DNA from: Gracilinanus agilis
Taxonomy: Eukaryota
DNA length: 64,000 bases
Reading direction: 5' to 3'
Assembly: GCF_016433145.1 (NCBI RefSeq)
Contig: NC_058134.1
Location: forward strand, 282,965,070-283,029,069
This document shows, in pieces, positions 1 through 11,900 of this stretch; positions within the stretch are counted from its first letter, which is position 1, and each line of letters starts with the position of its first letter. The notes below the pieces were generated by a model. That model searched no databases. It was given only the letters and a program-made list of their open reading frames with translations, and was not told the DNA's origin. A program made the position numbers and the translations under genes.

Positions 1-359
1 CATTATCCAAACCCACACATCCCCTCCCCCATCCCTACTTCTCATCCTTCCTCCCCTGCCCCTCCCTCTCATCCCTCTTCCCCTCCCCACCCACAACCCC
101 TCCCTCTCAGCTCACCTACTCCTTTCTCTCCCCTTACCTACCCCATTGAAAACCAAACATCAAGCCTAGAGGCAGAAACCAAAAATAATGCAGCTAAAAC
201 CCTGTTTCCCCTGAAGGAAGTACCCACCTTTAATAAGAATGGAGATGTAGTTTCCCTTAGGCACCATACACCATTCACCCTCCAGGATATTGAGAGATTC
301 AAACTAAACATTCCTTCCTTCAAAGATGAGCCTATTGTAGTTATTAAAAAGCTAGCGAG

Positions 360-551
360 TGGGGCAGCTGGGTAGCTCAGTGGAGTGACAGCCAGGCCTA
401 GAGACAGGAGGTCCTAGGTTCAAACCCGGCCTCAGCCACTTCCCAGCTGTGTGACCCTGGGCAAGTCACTTGACCCCCATTGCCTACCCTTACCACTCTT
501 CCACCTATGAGACAATACACCAGAAGTACAAGAGTTAAAAAAAAAAAAAAA
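360..551 (+). mobile_element. Young tRNA-derived marsupial SINE inserted in ERV gag
   Basis: A-box gtagctcagtgg, B-box ggttcaaaccc, A tail, perfect TSD aaaaagctagcgag (346-359 / 552-565). Confidence 0.95.
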
Positions 552-755
552 AAAAAGCTAGCGAGCATTTACCAGACATATGACCCCACGTGGATTGATA
601 TTGAAATTTTGCTCCAAACTTTTTTGACAGAGAGAAAAATAAAATCGTCTCTCTTGTCAATCAGGCCCAGGGAAGTAAAACAATTCATTGGTCCATGCAA
701 GACCCTAAGTGGTACCCCAACAATGAGCAAGACTACTTAAATCTATGCCAGGCTA

Positions 756-1422
756 ATACCACTGCTGGGTTTATACCCCAAAGAGATCATAAGGAAAAAG
801 AAGTGTACAAAAATATTTATAGCCACGCTCTCTGTGGTGGCAAAAAACTGGAAAATGAGGGTATGCCCTTCAATTGGGGAATGGCTGAACAAATTGTGGT
901 ATTTGTTGGTGATGGTATAATATTGTGCTCAAAGGAATGATCAACTGGAGGAATTCCATGTGAACTGGAATGATCCCCAGGAATTGACGCAGAGTAAAAG
1001 GAGCAGAACCACAAGAACATTATACACAGAGGTGGATACACTGTGGTAAAATCTACTGTAATGGACTTCTCTACTAGCAACAATGCAATGACCCAGGACA
1101 ACTATGAGGGATCTATGAGAAAGAATGCTATCTACATTCAGAAGAAGAACTATAGAGGTAGAAACACAGAAAAAAAACAACTGCCTGATCACATGGCTGA
1201 ATGGGGATATAATTAAGAATATTGACTCAAAATGAGCACCCTAGCACAAATATCAATAATATGGAAATAGGTCTTGATCAATGACACATGTAAAACTCAG
1301 TGGAATTGTGCATCAGGTATGGGAGGGGGTGGAAGGAGGGGAGGGATAGAATATGAATCCTGTAGCCACAGGAAAATGCTAATTAATTAATTAATTAAAA
1401 GATAGTATTAAAAAAAAAACAA
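756..1422 (+). mobile_element. 5'-truncated L1 (end of ORF2 + 3'UTR) inserted in ERV gag
   Basis: Closely resembles the L1 3' end at 8030-8680; A-rich tail; TSD ctatgccaggcta (743-755 / 1423-1435). Confidence 0.92.
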
Positions 1423-1662
1423 CTATGCCAGGCTAGAGAAGCATTATTAACAGCAATTTGAGAATCTTAAGCAAAAAAAAAAAAAACAAACCATGAAAAT
1501 CCCTCCCAATTTATGGATAGACTTATTGAACTGGGAGGTAGATATACAGACCTGGATCTTTCCAGAGAAAGGGATGTTAGGCAGATAAGAAGGCAGTTTG
1601 TAAAAAACTGTTGTAAAGTGGTAAAAGATTATTTTAAAACCAACTGCCCACATTGGGCTAAT

Positions 1663-1751
1663 ATGAACCTTGAAGAATTGAAGAGAGTAGCAGTTTATGT
1701 ATTTAATGAACCTTGAAGAATTGAGGAGAGTAGCAGTTTATGTATTTAATG
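1663..1751 (+). repeat. 43-bp tandem duplication that frameshifts gag
   Basis: atgaaccttgaagaattga(a/g)gagagtagcagtttatgtattta occurs twice, starting at 1663 and 1706. Confidence 0.95.
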
Positions 1752-2269
1752 GCCATGAAAAGAAAGATGAGGAGAACAGTGACTTAATAGAGAAATTAAG
1801 GAAATAAATTAAGTTTAAAGGAGGAAATTGAAAAAGAAAAAGAAAACTGAGCAGTGGCCATAGCCCCTTTATGAGAATTCACAAATCAAACACCAACATG
1901 CAACATTTGTGGAAAAAAAGGTCATGTAATGATGAAATGTAGGAAGAGGAATCAGGAAAAAAGAAATAGAAATATTAGGAATAATAACTATTTTAGGAAT
2001 TATGATAATAATAACAATTACAGAAATAATAACAATGATAAAAACAATTAAAGAATAATCCAAATGAGGCAAATGATAACTCACAACAATATATCCAAAA
2101 TGGGGCTTGTCTACACTATGTTCAGAGTGGAAATCCCCCTCAACAAGGGGAACCCCAGAGAAATGGCCAAGGACCTTTGTGAAGGTCTGAGGTGGGGGAA
2201 AGGACTCTGGAATCAGAGAGTGAAACCCAGACCTTGATATCTTAACACCTGTTATCCCAGGCCATTCTC

Positions 2270-2580
2270 CCCCACAGAGTAATGAACCTCACATGACCCT
2301 AAAAGTTGGGAACACATACTATGATTGCTTCCTAGATACTGGAGCTTGCAGATCAGTTTTGGTGAGTAAACTACATGCCAAATGCAGTTCTATTGGCTCT
2401 CGAAATGTACTAGGCATATGCAGGCACACCTCTAAAGATCCCAAAGCTTTCCCCTCGAATAGTATCTGTGGGACACCCATCAGCAGAACATTTTTTTCTT
2501 TTCATGCCTGGCTCCCCTATAAATTTATTAGGAAGAAACCTATTATGTAAACTTAGAGCCACAATAACATGCTCTCAGGA
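2270..2580 (+). mobile_element. pro: ERV aspartic protease (frameshifted)
   Basis: FLDTGACRSVL active-site motif; GSPINLLGRNLLCKL (GRD/NLL motif). Confidence 0.9.
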
Positions 2581-5287
2581 TGGCACTATGACATTAGAAT
2601 TGCCTAAGGAATCTTTAAATTTGCTCCCTGTACTTCTCTCAGATAGTCAGGAGGTGAAGGAGCCTCCCACCTTTGAAATACCAGCTGATAGGCCTGAATC
2701 TCTCTGGGCCACATCTTCTTCCAATGTAGGCCTACTTAAATCAGCTGTTCCTGTACAAATTAAAACAAAAGGTGGCCCAAGTCCTTCCATTCCTCAGAAT
2801 CCTCTATCAAAAGAGGCAATTAAGGGAATTACTCCAGTAATAAATTCATTAATTAAGCAAGGAATAATAATTCCATGCAAATCCAAATAAAATACACCTA
2901 TCTTACCTATTAAAAAACCAAAATTAGGCCCAGATGGAAAACATGTTTATCAATTTGTACAAGATTTAAGGTCTGTAAATAATCATGTCATAAAAAGACA
3001 TCCTATGGTTCTAAACCCAACCACAATTATCTCCTCTATTCCTAGCACAGCAATATACTTCAGTCGTAGATTTGTGCTCAGCATTCTTCTCAATACCAAT
3101 TCATGAGAATTCCAGGAATATATTTGCCTTCACCTAGAAATGTTCCCATGGGCCTGATCCAGGCTGCCACAAGGATTCATGGACAGTCCTAAGTTATGTT
3201 CACAAATTTTGAGTCAGGATTTAGAAAATATTAAATTTAAGAATAGCTGTTTGATACAATATGTAGACAATTTGCTCTTGGCATCACCAAATGCCACAGC
3301 ATGCCAAGAATGTAGCAAACACCTTCTTTTAGAACTACATAAGAAAGGCCACAAGGTCTCAAAGGCAAAAGTTCAGTGTGTATCCCCAAAGTGAAATATT
3401 TAGGGTTCATTTTAACTGCTGGTGGCCATTCCATTTCCCCTAAGTGCATTGAAGATGTTAAAAAACTGAGTGCTCCCTCCACTAAGAAAAAGTTGAGAGC
3501 AATTTTAGGAGCAACAGGATTGTGTAAATAATGGATCTCTTGCTATGGGGAAATCACTAAATCCCTTATAGGACTAACAAAAAATTCAGTCTCTGAACCA
3601 CTTAGATTAGAGGTGGAACACTTGTCAGCTCTTTCAAAATTAAAACAGGCTATCCTGTCTGCCCCTGCTCTAGGCATTCCAGATTACAAAAAGCCATTTA
3701 CTTTGTATGTACACGAACAGAGAGGGGTAGCTTCAAGTGTTTTAACCCAAACTTTGAAACTGGTTCAGGATCCAGTTGATTATTATTCAGCCCAGCTGGA
3801 CCCAGTAGCTTCAGGAGTACCATCATATCTTAGAGGCGTAGCTGCCACAGCTTTATCAGTAACTAAATTTGCTGATTTAGTATTGAGATTTAGTAATGCG
3901 CCCACATGAAGTCAAAGTATTGTTGCTAAGGCATAGAACACAGGAATTTTCTGATCAAAGACTCGCAAGATACAAGGTAACCTTGTTGAGCAATGAAAAT
4001 AATACCTTAAAATGCTGCACAACTCTTAACACTGCCACCTTGCTTCCAGATTTACAAGTCTCAGGAGAACCATTACACAGTTGTGAATCTTTAGTGTCCA
4101 TGGCTGAAAAACCTCAAAATAATCTCCTGGACACTCCTTTAGACAACCCAAATCTAGTCTTCTTCACTGATGGTTCTTCTTTCATGAGGGATTGCATACA
4201 CTACACTAGAGATGCTGTACTCACAAAATTTGCTGCTGTGTTGTCATCCTGCTGCTGTGTAGACTGCCCTCAAATATAAGTGCTCAAGGTACAGAACTCA
4301 TAGCTTTAAAACATGCCTGTATAATTGCCAAAGAAAAGAAAGCAACAATTTACACTGGAATATGTCATGCAGTAGGTATGCTATGGCTTCAAAGGTGATT
4401 TTTAACATCAGCTGAAAAATGTATTGCAAATGCAGAGATCATTAATGAAGTCCTTTATGCTCTCTAGCTACCCAAAGCCCTAGCTGTAATTCATTGCTCT
4501 GCCCATACAGGTGGAACTGACCCTGTTTCTAGGGGAAATCACCGGGCAGATACTTCAGCAAAGCTCACTGCCTTAGAAGGATCTAAATTAATTTTAACTT
4601 TGGCAACTAGTAATGAATCAGATTTATACCTTTCCTATAATGAATAGGGATGGAAAAATGGAAACAAAAGTTCAAAACAAAACAGATTAATGGAGTATGG
4701 GTGTCATCGGAAGAAAAAACCCTGCTCCCTAGAAGTTATTATCATCACATTTGTTTATCTATTCACAAAAACAGTCATTTTGGTACCTAGGGCATTGTAG
4801 ACTCTGTTAAGAGAGTATAAATAGCCCCTGGTATAACTATCATAGCCTCTAAAGTGTGTGCAGCCTACCCCACCTGCCAAGCATATAACCAACATGCCTT
4901 TTATGGCAAAGTGCTGGGTGCCCTTTAGCTTACACACCTTTTGAACATCTGCAAATCGACTTTATCACTATGCTAAAGGTTAGATGTTATAAATTTTGTT
5001 TAGTCATAGTGAACTAGCTGACCAGAAGGTCAGAAGTGTTTCCTACCACCCAAACCACGGTGTCTTTTTTGTCAAGGGGCTCTTAAAGGAGATTATTCCT
5101 CGATTTGGCCTGCCAGCACATATTGATTCAGACAGGGGAACTCATTTTACTGATTCTGTTCTGTCTCAAATTCCCAAATTCCATGTACCATATCAACCCC
5201 AGAGCTCAGGTCAAGTTGAAAGAATGAATAGAGATCTTAAGACTATGACTGGAAAATTGTGCACTGAGACTCATTTAAAATGGCCTG
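2581..5287 (+). mobile_element. pol: ERV pol: RT, RNase H, N-terminal/core integrase; many stops and frameshifts
   Basis: QDLRSVN, LPQGFMDSP, QYVDNLLLAS (YXDD decayed), GHKVSKAKVQ, LVFFTDGSS (RNase H), IDSDRGTHF and PQSSGQVERMNRDLK (integrase D,D35E region). Confidence 0.93.
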
Positions 5288-8200
5288 AAGACCTCCGGGT
5301 TAAGATGGCTGCAGAGTAAGAAGCAGAGCACTTAACTCTCCTAATCAACCCATACATGATACCTCAAAAGGACACAAAAAACAAATCCAGATGAACAAAG
5401 GGACCACACAATAGGGCACAGCATTGAAGGTATGTGGGATTTGGGCATTTCCACTCTATAAGGGGGTGAAATAGCTCCCAATAAAATGCGAGCTGATCAA
5501 CCCTCCCCCACCCCACCTACAGTGCCAGTGCCAGTGCACAAGAATTAGAGCAAGTGTGGGGTATTCACTAAGTTCTTGGCAGCTAACTGGGACCATCAAG
5601 GGCTTTCTCCTGAGAGCACCAAGACTTAAAACCCCAAGAGGCTAAAGAACTCAGACTTTGAGCAGGGACCTTGAGCTTGGACCTTGAGCCCAGACCTAGA
5701 GTGGTGGGGTGACAGACAGTGGAAGCAGGGCATACTGAGACTCATAAAGGATCCTCAGGCAGAGAAGCAAGCGTGGGGCAATATCTGGGGTCCTGGCAGC
5801 TGACTGGGACCACCAAGAGGCTTGACCCTGAGAACAGCTAGACTTGAGACCCCAGGAGCCTAAAGAGAGCAGACCTTGGGCACAAGGATAGAGCTGAGAG
5901 GGACAGCACTGCGCTGTGGCTCGTAAAGTAGCCTCAGGCAAAAACTGCTCCACAGCTCTATACACAGAGAGCCTGCCCAGACTTCTGACTGAGAAGGAAA
6001 AACCAGCAAATAATGGCAAGCAATGCCCAAGAACTAACCAAGAAAAAGAACAAGAGGAAAGTATTAACACTTGATAACTTTTACACAGAAAAAAATCAGA
6101 CAACAGAGCAGACAGCAGAGGAGGACAAACAAGTAAACACATCCAAACATTCCCAAAAAAGTGAAAATTGGTCACAAGCTCTTGAGGAGTTCAAATCTGA
6201 GATCATGAGAAAGATGGAAGAGATTTGGAAGAAAAGTGGGAAATAGCTCAAAAGAAAATTAACAGGTTAAAAGAGAGAAACTCCCAATTGGAGAAAGATG
6301 CCCCCAAATCAAACAAAACAATAAGCAAATTTGAGACCCAAATTAAACAGCAGGAAATCATGAAAAACAGGATAGACCAAATTGAAAAGGAAAATCAAAA
6401 GATTATAGCAAAAAAACAGACTCTAAAGACCAGAATTGAGCAAGTAGAAGCCAATGATCTTGCAAGACAGCAAGAACTAATAAAGCAAAGTCAAAAGAAT
6501 GACAAAATAGAAGGAAACATGAACTATCTCACAGAGAATGACAGATCAAGAAAACAGGTCTAGAAGAGACAATTTGAGAATCATTGGTCTTCCTGAAAAA
6601 TCAGAAATTAATAGAAATTTGGACACCATACTACAAGAAATTATCCAAGAAAACTGCCCTGATGTTCTTCAACAAGAGGGCAAAATAGACATTGAAAGGA
6701 TCCATAGATCACCCTCTACACTAAATCCTCAAAAGACAACCCCCAGGACTATAACTGCCAAATTCAAGAGTTTTCAAGTTAAGGAAAAAATATTACAAGA
6801 AGCCAGAAAGAGACAATTCAGATATCAAGGAACACCAATCAGGATTACACAGGATCTGGCAGCCTTTACACTAAAAGACCACAAGGCTTAGAATATGAAA
6901 TTGGAAAAACATTGAGTGCTCATGGGTAAGATAAGCTAACATAATAAAAATGACCATCCTACCCAAATTAATTTACTTATTTATTGCTATACCTATCAAA
7001 CTACCAAAAAACTTTTTTACTGAATTAGAAAAAACTGTAACAAAGTTCATTTGGAAGAACAAAAGACCAAGAATATCAAGGGAAATAATGAAAAAATATG
7101 AAGGATAGCCTAGCAGTACCAGATCTTAAACTGTAAAGCAGTAGTCATCAAAACAACATGGTACTGGTAAAGAGACAGAAGGGAGGATCAGTGGAATAGA
7201 CTTGGGATAAGTGGCATCAGCAAGACAGTCTACGATAAACTCAAAGAACCCAGCTTTTGGGACAAAAACCCACTATTTTGACAAAAACTGCTGGGACAAT
7301 TGGAAAACAATATGGGAGAGATTGGGTCTAGATCAACATCTCACAGCCTATACCAAGATAAATTCAGAATGGGTGAATGACTTGAAAATAAAGAAGGAAA
7401 CTATAAGTAAATTAGGTGAGCACAGAATAGTATACATACATGTCAGATCTCTGGGAAAGGAAAGATTTTAAAACCAAGCAAGAGTTAGAAAAAATTATAA
7501 AATGTAAAATAAATAATTTTGATTACATTAAATTAAAAAGGTTTTGTACAAACAAAACCAATGCTACCAAAATTAGAAGGGAAGCAACAAATTGGTAAAA
7601 AATCTCTATAACAAAAAACTCAAAGGTCTAATTACTCAAATATACAAGGAGCTAAATCAATTGTAGAAAAAAAAATCAAGCCAATCCCCAATTGGCAATT
7701 GTCCCATTCCCCACTGGGCAAGGGACATGAATAGGCAATTTTTAGATAAAGAAATCAAAACTATCAACAAACACATGAAAAAGTGTTCTAAAACTTATAA
7801 TTAGAGAAATGTAAATCAAAACAACTCTGAGGTACCACCTCACACCTAGCAGATTACCTAACATGACAGCAAAGGAAAGTGGTGAATGTTGGAGGGGGTG
7901 TTGCAAAATTGGAACATTAATGCATTGCTGGTGGAGTTGTGAATTGGTCCAAACATTCTGGATGGCAATTTGGAACTATAACCAAAGGGCTTTAAAAGAC
8001 TATTTGCCTTTTGATCCAGCCATATCACTGCTTGGTTTATACCCCAAAGAGATAATAAGGACAAAGACATGTACAAAAATATTTATAGCCACACTCTTTG
8101 TGGTGGCAAAAAATTAGAAAATGAGGGAATGTCCTTCAATTAGGGAATGGCTGAACAAACTGGGGTATCTGTTGGTGATGGAATACTATTGTGCTCAAAG

Positions 8201-8682
8201 GAATGATGAACTGGAGGAATTCCATGTGAACTGGAAAGACCTCCAGGAATTGATGCAGAGTGAAAGGAGAAGATCCAGGAGAACACTGTACACAGAGACT
8301 GATACACTGTGGTACAATAGAACATAACGGACTTCTCTACTAGCAGCAATGCAAGGATCCAGAGCAAGGCTGAGGGACTTATGAGAAAGAAAACTAGCCA
8401 CATTCAGAGGAAGAACTGTGGAAGTAGAAACACAGAAGAAAAGCAACTGCTTGAACACACGGGCTGATGGGGATATTATTGAGGATGTAGGCGCTAAACA
8501 ATAACTCTAATCCAACTATCAATAATATGGAATTAGGTCTTAATCAATGATACATGTAACAACCCAGTGGAACTGTGCATCGGCTATGGGGGGGGGGAGT
8601 TTTGGGGGAGAGGGAAAGAACATGAAACATGTAACTACGGGAAAATATTCAAAATTTTTAAAATTTTAATTAAATAATTTAA
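5288..8682 (+). mobile_element. L1 with both termini but a large internal deletion (5'UTR, broken ORF1 6013-6897, 3' part of ORF2, 3'UTR), inserted in ERV integrase
   Basis: 5' end ccgggttaagatggc matches the young L1 at 62716; ORF1 RSRRDNLRIIGLPE; jump at ~6897 into the ORF2 C-terminal region; TSD taaaatggcctg (5276-5287 / 8683-8694). Confidence 0.93.
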
Positions 8683-8694
8683 TAAAATGGCCTG

Positions 8695-9090
8695 GATTTT
8701 TCCGTCTAGCTCTATTTTATCTCCGAAGCAGGCCCAGGGGACATCTACACACCTCACCCTTTGAGATGTTTTTTGGACATCCCCCTATACATTCTAAGCC
8801 TTTTATTCCTGCATATACATCATTACTAAGGGGGGGACACTTCTATTGCTTCATGTATACAGGACTTGCAGATCAAATTGCGAGAACTCCATGAATCCAG
8901 AGCTACAGTACAAGCAGGATCTATAGACTTCTCACTTCATGACCTAAACCCAAGAGACAAGGTATACATAAAGATCTTCCATCATAACTCAGCCTGCCTA
9001 GGAAGTTCTGTTGCAGGTACTATTAACCACTCCAACAACTATCAAAATTGAAGAAAATGACTCTTGGATTCATTTCTCACATGTAAAATA
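8695..9090 (+). mobile_element. pol: ERV integrase C-terminal part, resuming after the L1
   Basis: LALFYLRSRPRGHLHTSPFEMFFGHPP ... LLTTPTTIKIEENDSWIHFSHVK (class I IN C-terminal W-I-H-x-S-H-V-K motif). Confidence 0.88.
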
Positions 9091-9797
9091 AGTACCTTCT
9101 ATTAATACTGATTTACTGTATCCTGTCACATGCATTGGAGGTAAAAGTCCATAGACAATATGGACACTGTTTTGGCTGACACATTGAATTCCTGAATTTT
9201 TTTTATTTTTGCTTTTTATTTTTCAATAGAATATTTTATTTTTTCCCCCTTCTTTTACTTGAAGTACATGTAACCAGTATTAATAAGGTTTTGGATTTTG
9301 AAGGATAAATTTACAATACCCATTAGCCCTAATATCAGTGCATACCCCAAATCTTTAGACTATGGAAACCTGCTATTGATTATTAAATATTATATTAAAT
9401 ATTATAGGACTGTGATTAACAATTGTGTCTGATTCCAGAAGAAGGGATCACAATAGAGCCATTGTACAGTGCCAACAAAGCACAAGGTCAAGGAGACCAA
9501 CAATCCTTATGGGACTAATGAGATCTGCCCCAAAACAGAGGACTTGTTTGAGGTTTGAGGTAGCAGCTGTTTAACAAACATCAGATGCAGGTCTTCCCCA
9601 TGCCACATTCTGACAAGTACCTTAGTTTGGCTGCCATTTTGGCTCCCCTATCCCTGAGAGTGAAATTAAAATCAGACCAGGAAATAACATACTTCCTTCT
9701 TACATCAAAATCAAGTCTTTTTTTTCTCTCTCTCTTATAATATGGCAACTTTCTGTGGAAAAAGAAGAATTTGTTTCAGGTATAATGAAGGGGCATA

Positions 9798-10375
9798 TGA
9801 TTTCCCAAGGAAACTAACATGCCCAGGGATGACAGAAAAGTGTTCAAAATTCTGATGAGTAAGTTGGGGGCCCAGGAAAAACTTTTCTTTTGTGAAATTA
9901 TTTATGCCACCCCAGTGATGGCCCCTAGGATTTCCATCTGGGCTGAGAAGTCAGTCTGTATTACCTGCAGATGTACTGGACTCTGGCCAGCCAAGACTCC
10001 ACAAGGGCCAAAAGGATGTGAAACATGAGGCTAGGAGCAGTCAGATGTAGTCAGTCTGCATTGGCTCACTGACAGTGAGAGGAAGGCATTCTAGACATCT
10101 AGCTCATGGGCTGCTGACTGTACTGGGATGATGGCTTCTCATAACATTCCACATAAATTATCCTTCTCACCACTGATTGGCCTATAGGTCAAAAAAGCTG
10201 GGGGGAGTCTAAAACACAGGATTCAAATAGAATTATTTTGACTTTGGGGAGAACCATAGAGACTTACATATGAACTTCAGGCAATTAAACTCTTCTAGCG
10301 CTGCATTCTACAATAAAACAAAGTTCTGTTCTGCCCTCTTCTGGACACCACTATACTGGCTAAAATAATCTAAAC
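9798..10375 (+). mobile_element. Probable ERV 3' LTR (edges uncertain)
   Basis: Follows a purine-rich aatgaaggggca tract, starts with TG, has AATAAA at ~10315, and ends before an L2-like remnant. The 5' LTR is outside the window, so no pairwise check is possible. Confidence 0.35.
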
Positions 10376-11351
10376 CAAAAAGTGTAGAGAAGCTGAAGGA
10401 GTGGGAGGAATCAAGCAATGGATTTAACAGCATTTAGAAACTCCTACTATATATGCCAGCTACTGTGGTAGAACCTACAGACACAAATACAAAGATAAAA
10501 GCAACCCCTACCTTCGAAGAGTTTCCATTCTAATGGGAAGATAGATGGTCAAAGCAGTTCCTTTACAGATCTCAACCTCTATATCCAACGGGGACTGAGA
10601 ATCTATAAAAAAAATATTGTGTACCCACACCACTGAGATCCTTGCCAGTCTTGGAGAGCCACAGATTACTGATACAATGACCAAAGGGACTCCAAAACAA
10701 AACTCTAGGACCAGGATTTCTTAGTACCAGGCAAGGAAAGAGAATGGTTACCAAAATAAATCTATCATAGATACATGAAGCTTCTCCAAGACTGAGTCCA
10801 GAACTTGGTATTAAGTAGAAGAGAAGGTCCAGATTCTATGTATAATTGCAACACACTTTAGTGATCACGATGTTCCAATGCTTGGTAGTCCCCTAAAAAT
10901 CCATAGTAGTCACTTTGAGCCATTAATCCTGTTTGGTCAGAGCCATTAGAATAATCTATATAGTCCAAATGAGATCTCCAAACTGAATTCAGCTAGGTAG
11001 GGATCAAGGCTTGAAGAGGTGGGACAGCAAGGAAGGGCAAAATATTTGCTTCTTTTTCTTCAAAGAATCACATCACAATGCCTTTTTAATTGCCAACCTA
11101 TCCCACATTTACTTTGTCTAGATTTTTATCAGGGCTAAAGAGGTTGAGGAAGGAGAATAAAATTATTCTGGAATTTCTAGGGAAGCAAGTTCACCATTCA
11201 TTCCAAAGCTGATTCTTCCAACAGAATCTACTATTCTTTTCAGCTTCAAATTCCATATTGATACCCGGATTTGACAATCTCTCTGGGGCAATGGGCAGGA
11301 TCATGGGTAGAAGCTGTATGATATTCTAGACTTAAGACTAAAGAAGTAAAG

Positions 11352-11900
11352 GGACAGCTAGGTGGCTCAGTGGATAGACCTCAAGACAGAAGGTTCTGGG
11401 TTAAAATTTGACTGTAGATACTTCGTATGTGATGCTGGGCAAATCACTTAACCCCAATTGCCTAGACCTTATCTCTCTTCTGCCTTGGAATCAATACTTG
11501 GCATTGATGCTGAACCAGAAATTAAGGATTTTCAAGAACAACAACAAAATTAAAGAACTAAGTTTCAAGTTCCAGTTTTGTCACTGACTTGATCAGGGTC
11601 ACATGACTATGACTAAACCTCTAGGAACCTCAGTTTCCTCTACTATAAAATAGGAATAACAATCATAAGTATTAACATTTATGGAATACTTTCAAGTCTT
11701 TAAAGTACCTTACATATAGTATTATTATCTTATTTTCATTCTCACAATACGCTTAGGAGGTAGGTGCTATCATTATCCCTCTTTTACGGCTGAGAAAACA
11801 GGCTATAAGAGATGTGAAGTGACTTGCATGGCTTAGATGCAGCTAGTCCATGTCTGAGGCACAATTTGAACTCAGACATTCCTGACTCCTAGTCCAGTAT
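11352..11900. mobile_element. Older SINE (+) followed by MIR fragments in both orientations
   Basis: gggacagctaggtggctcagtgg head; MIR core cctcagtttcctc...taaaataggaataac; antisense MIR with aagtgacttgc. Confidence 0.75.

Larger units (their letters stand above)
1..2051 (+). mobile_element. gag: Class I ERV gag (5' part outside window), disrupted: Pro-rich region, capsid, CCHC zinc knuckle
   Basis: Frame 1 is open from base 1 to 359 (HYPNPHIPSP...LFPLKEVP...HTPFTLQDIERFKLNIPSFKDEP) and continues after removing the SINE (LASIYQTYDPTWIDIEILLQTFLT) and the L1 insert (MDRLIELGGRYTDLDL). CX2CX4HX4C knuckle CNICGKKGHVMMKC at 1899-1940. Confidence 0.85.

Noticed and set aside
360-430. tRNA-like A/B boxes (also at other SINE heads)
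   Set aside because: They are the heads of tRNA-derived SINEs with CORE body, A tail and TSD, not tRNA genes.
5696-6175. 159-codon antisense ORF over the L1 5'UTR/ORF1 start (ORF0-like?)
   Set aside because: Starts at GTG, partly mirrors the ORF1 coding strand, and the young L1 shows no equivalent long ORF.
10570-11010. Non-repeat stretch with hydrophobic-looking translations
   Set aside because: Stops in all frames and no recognisable motif.
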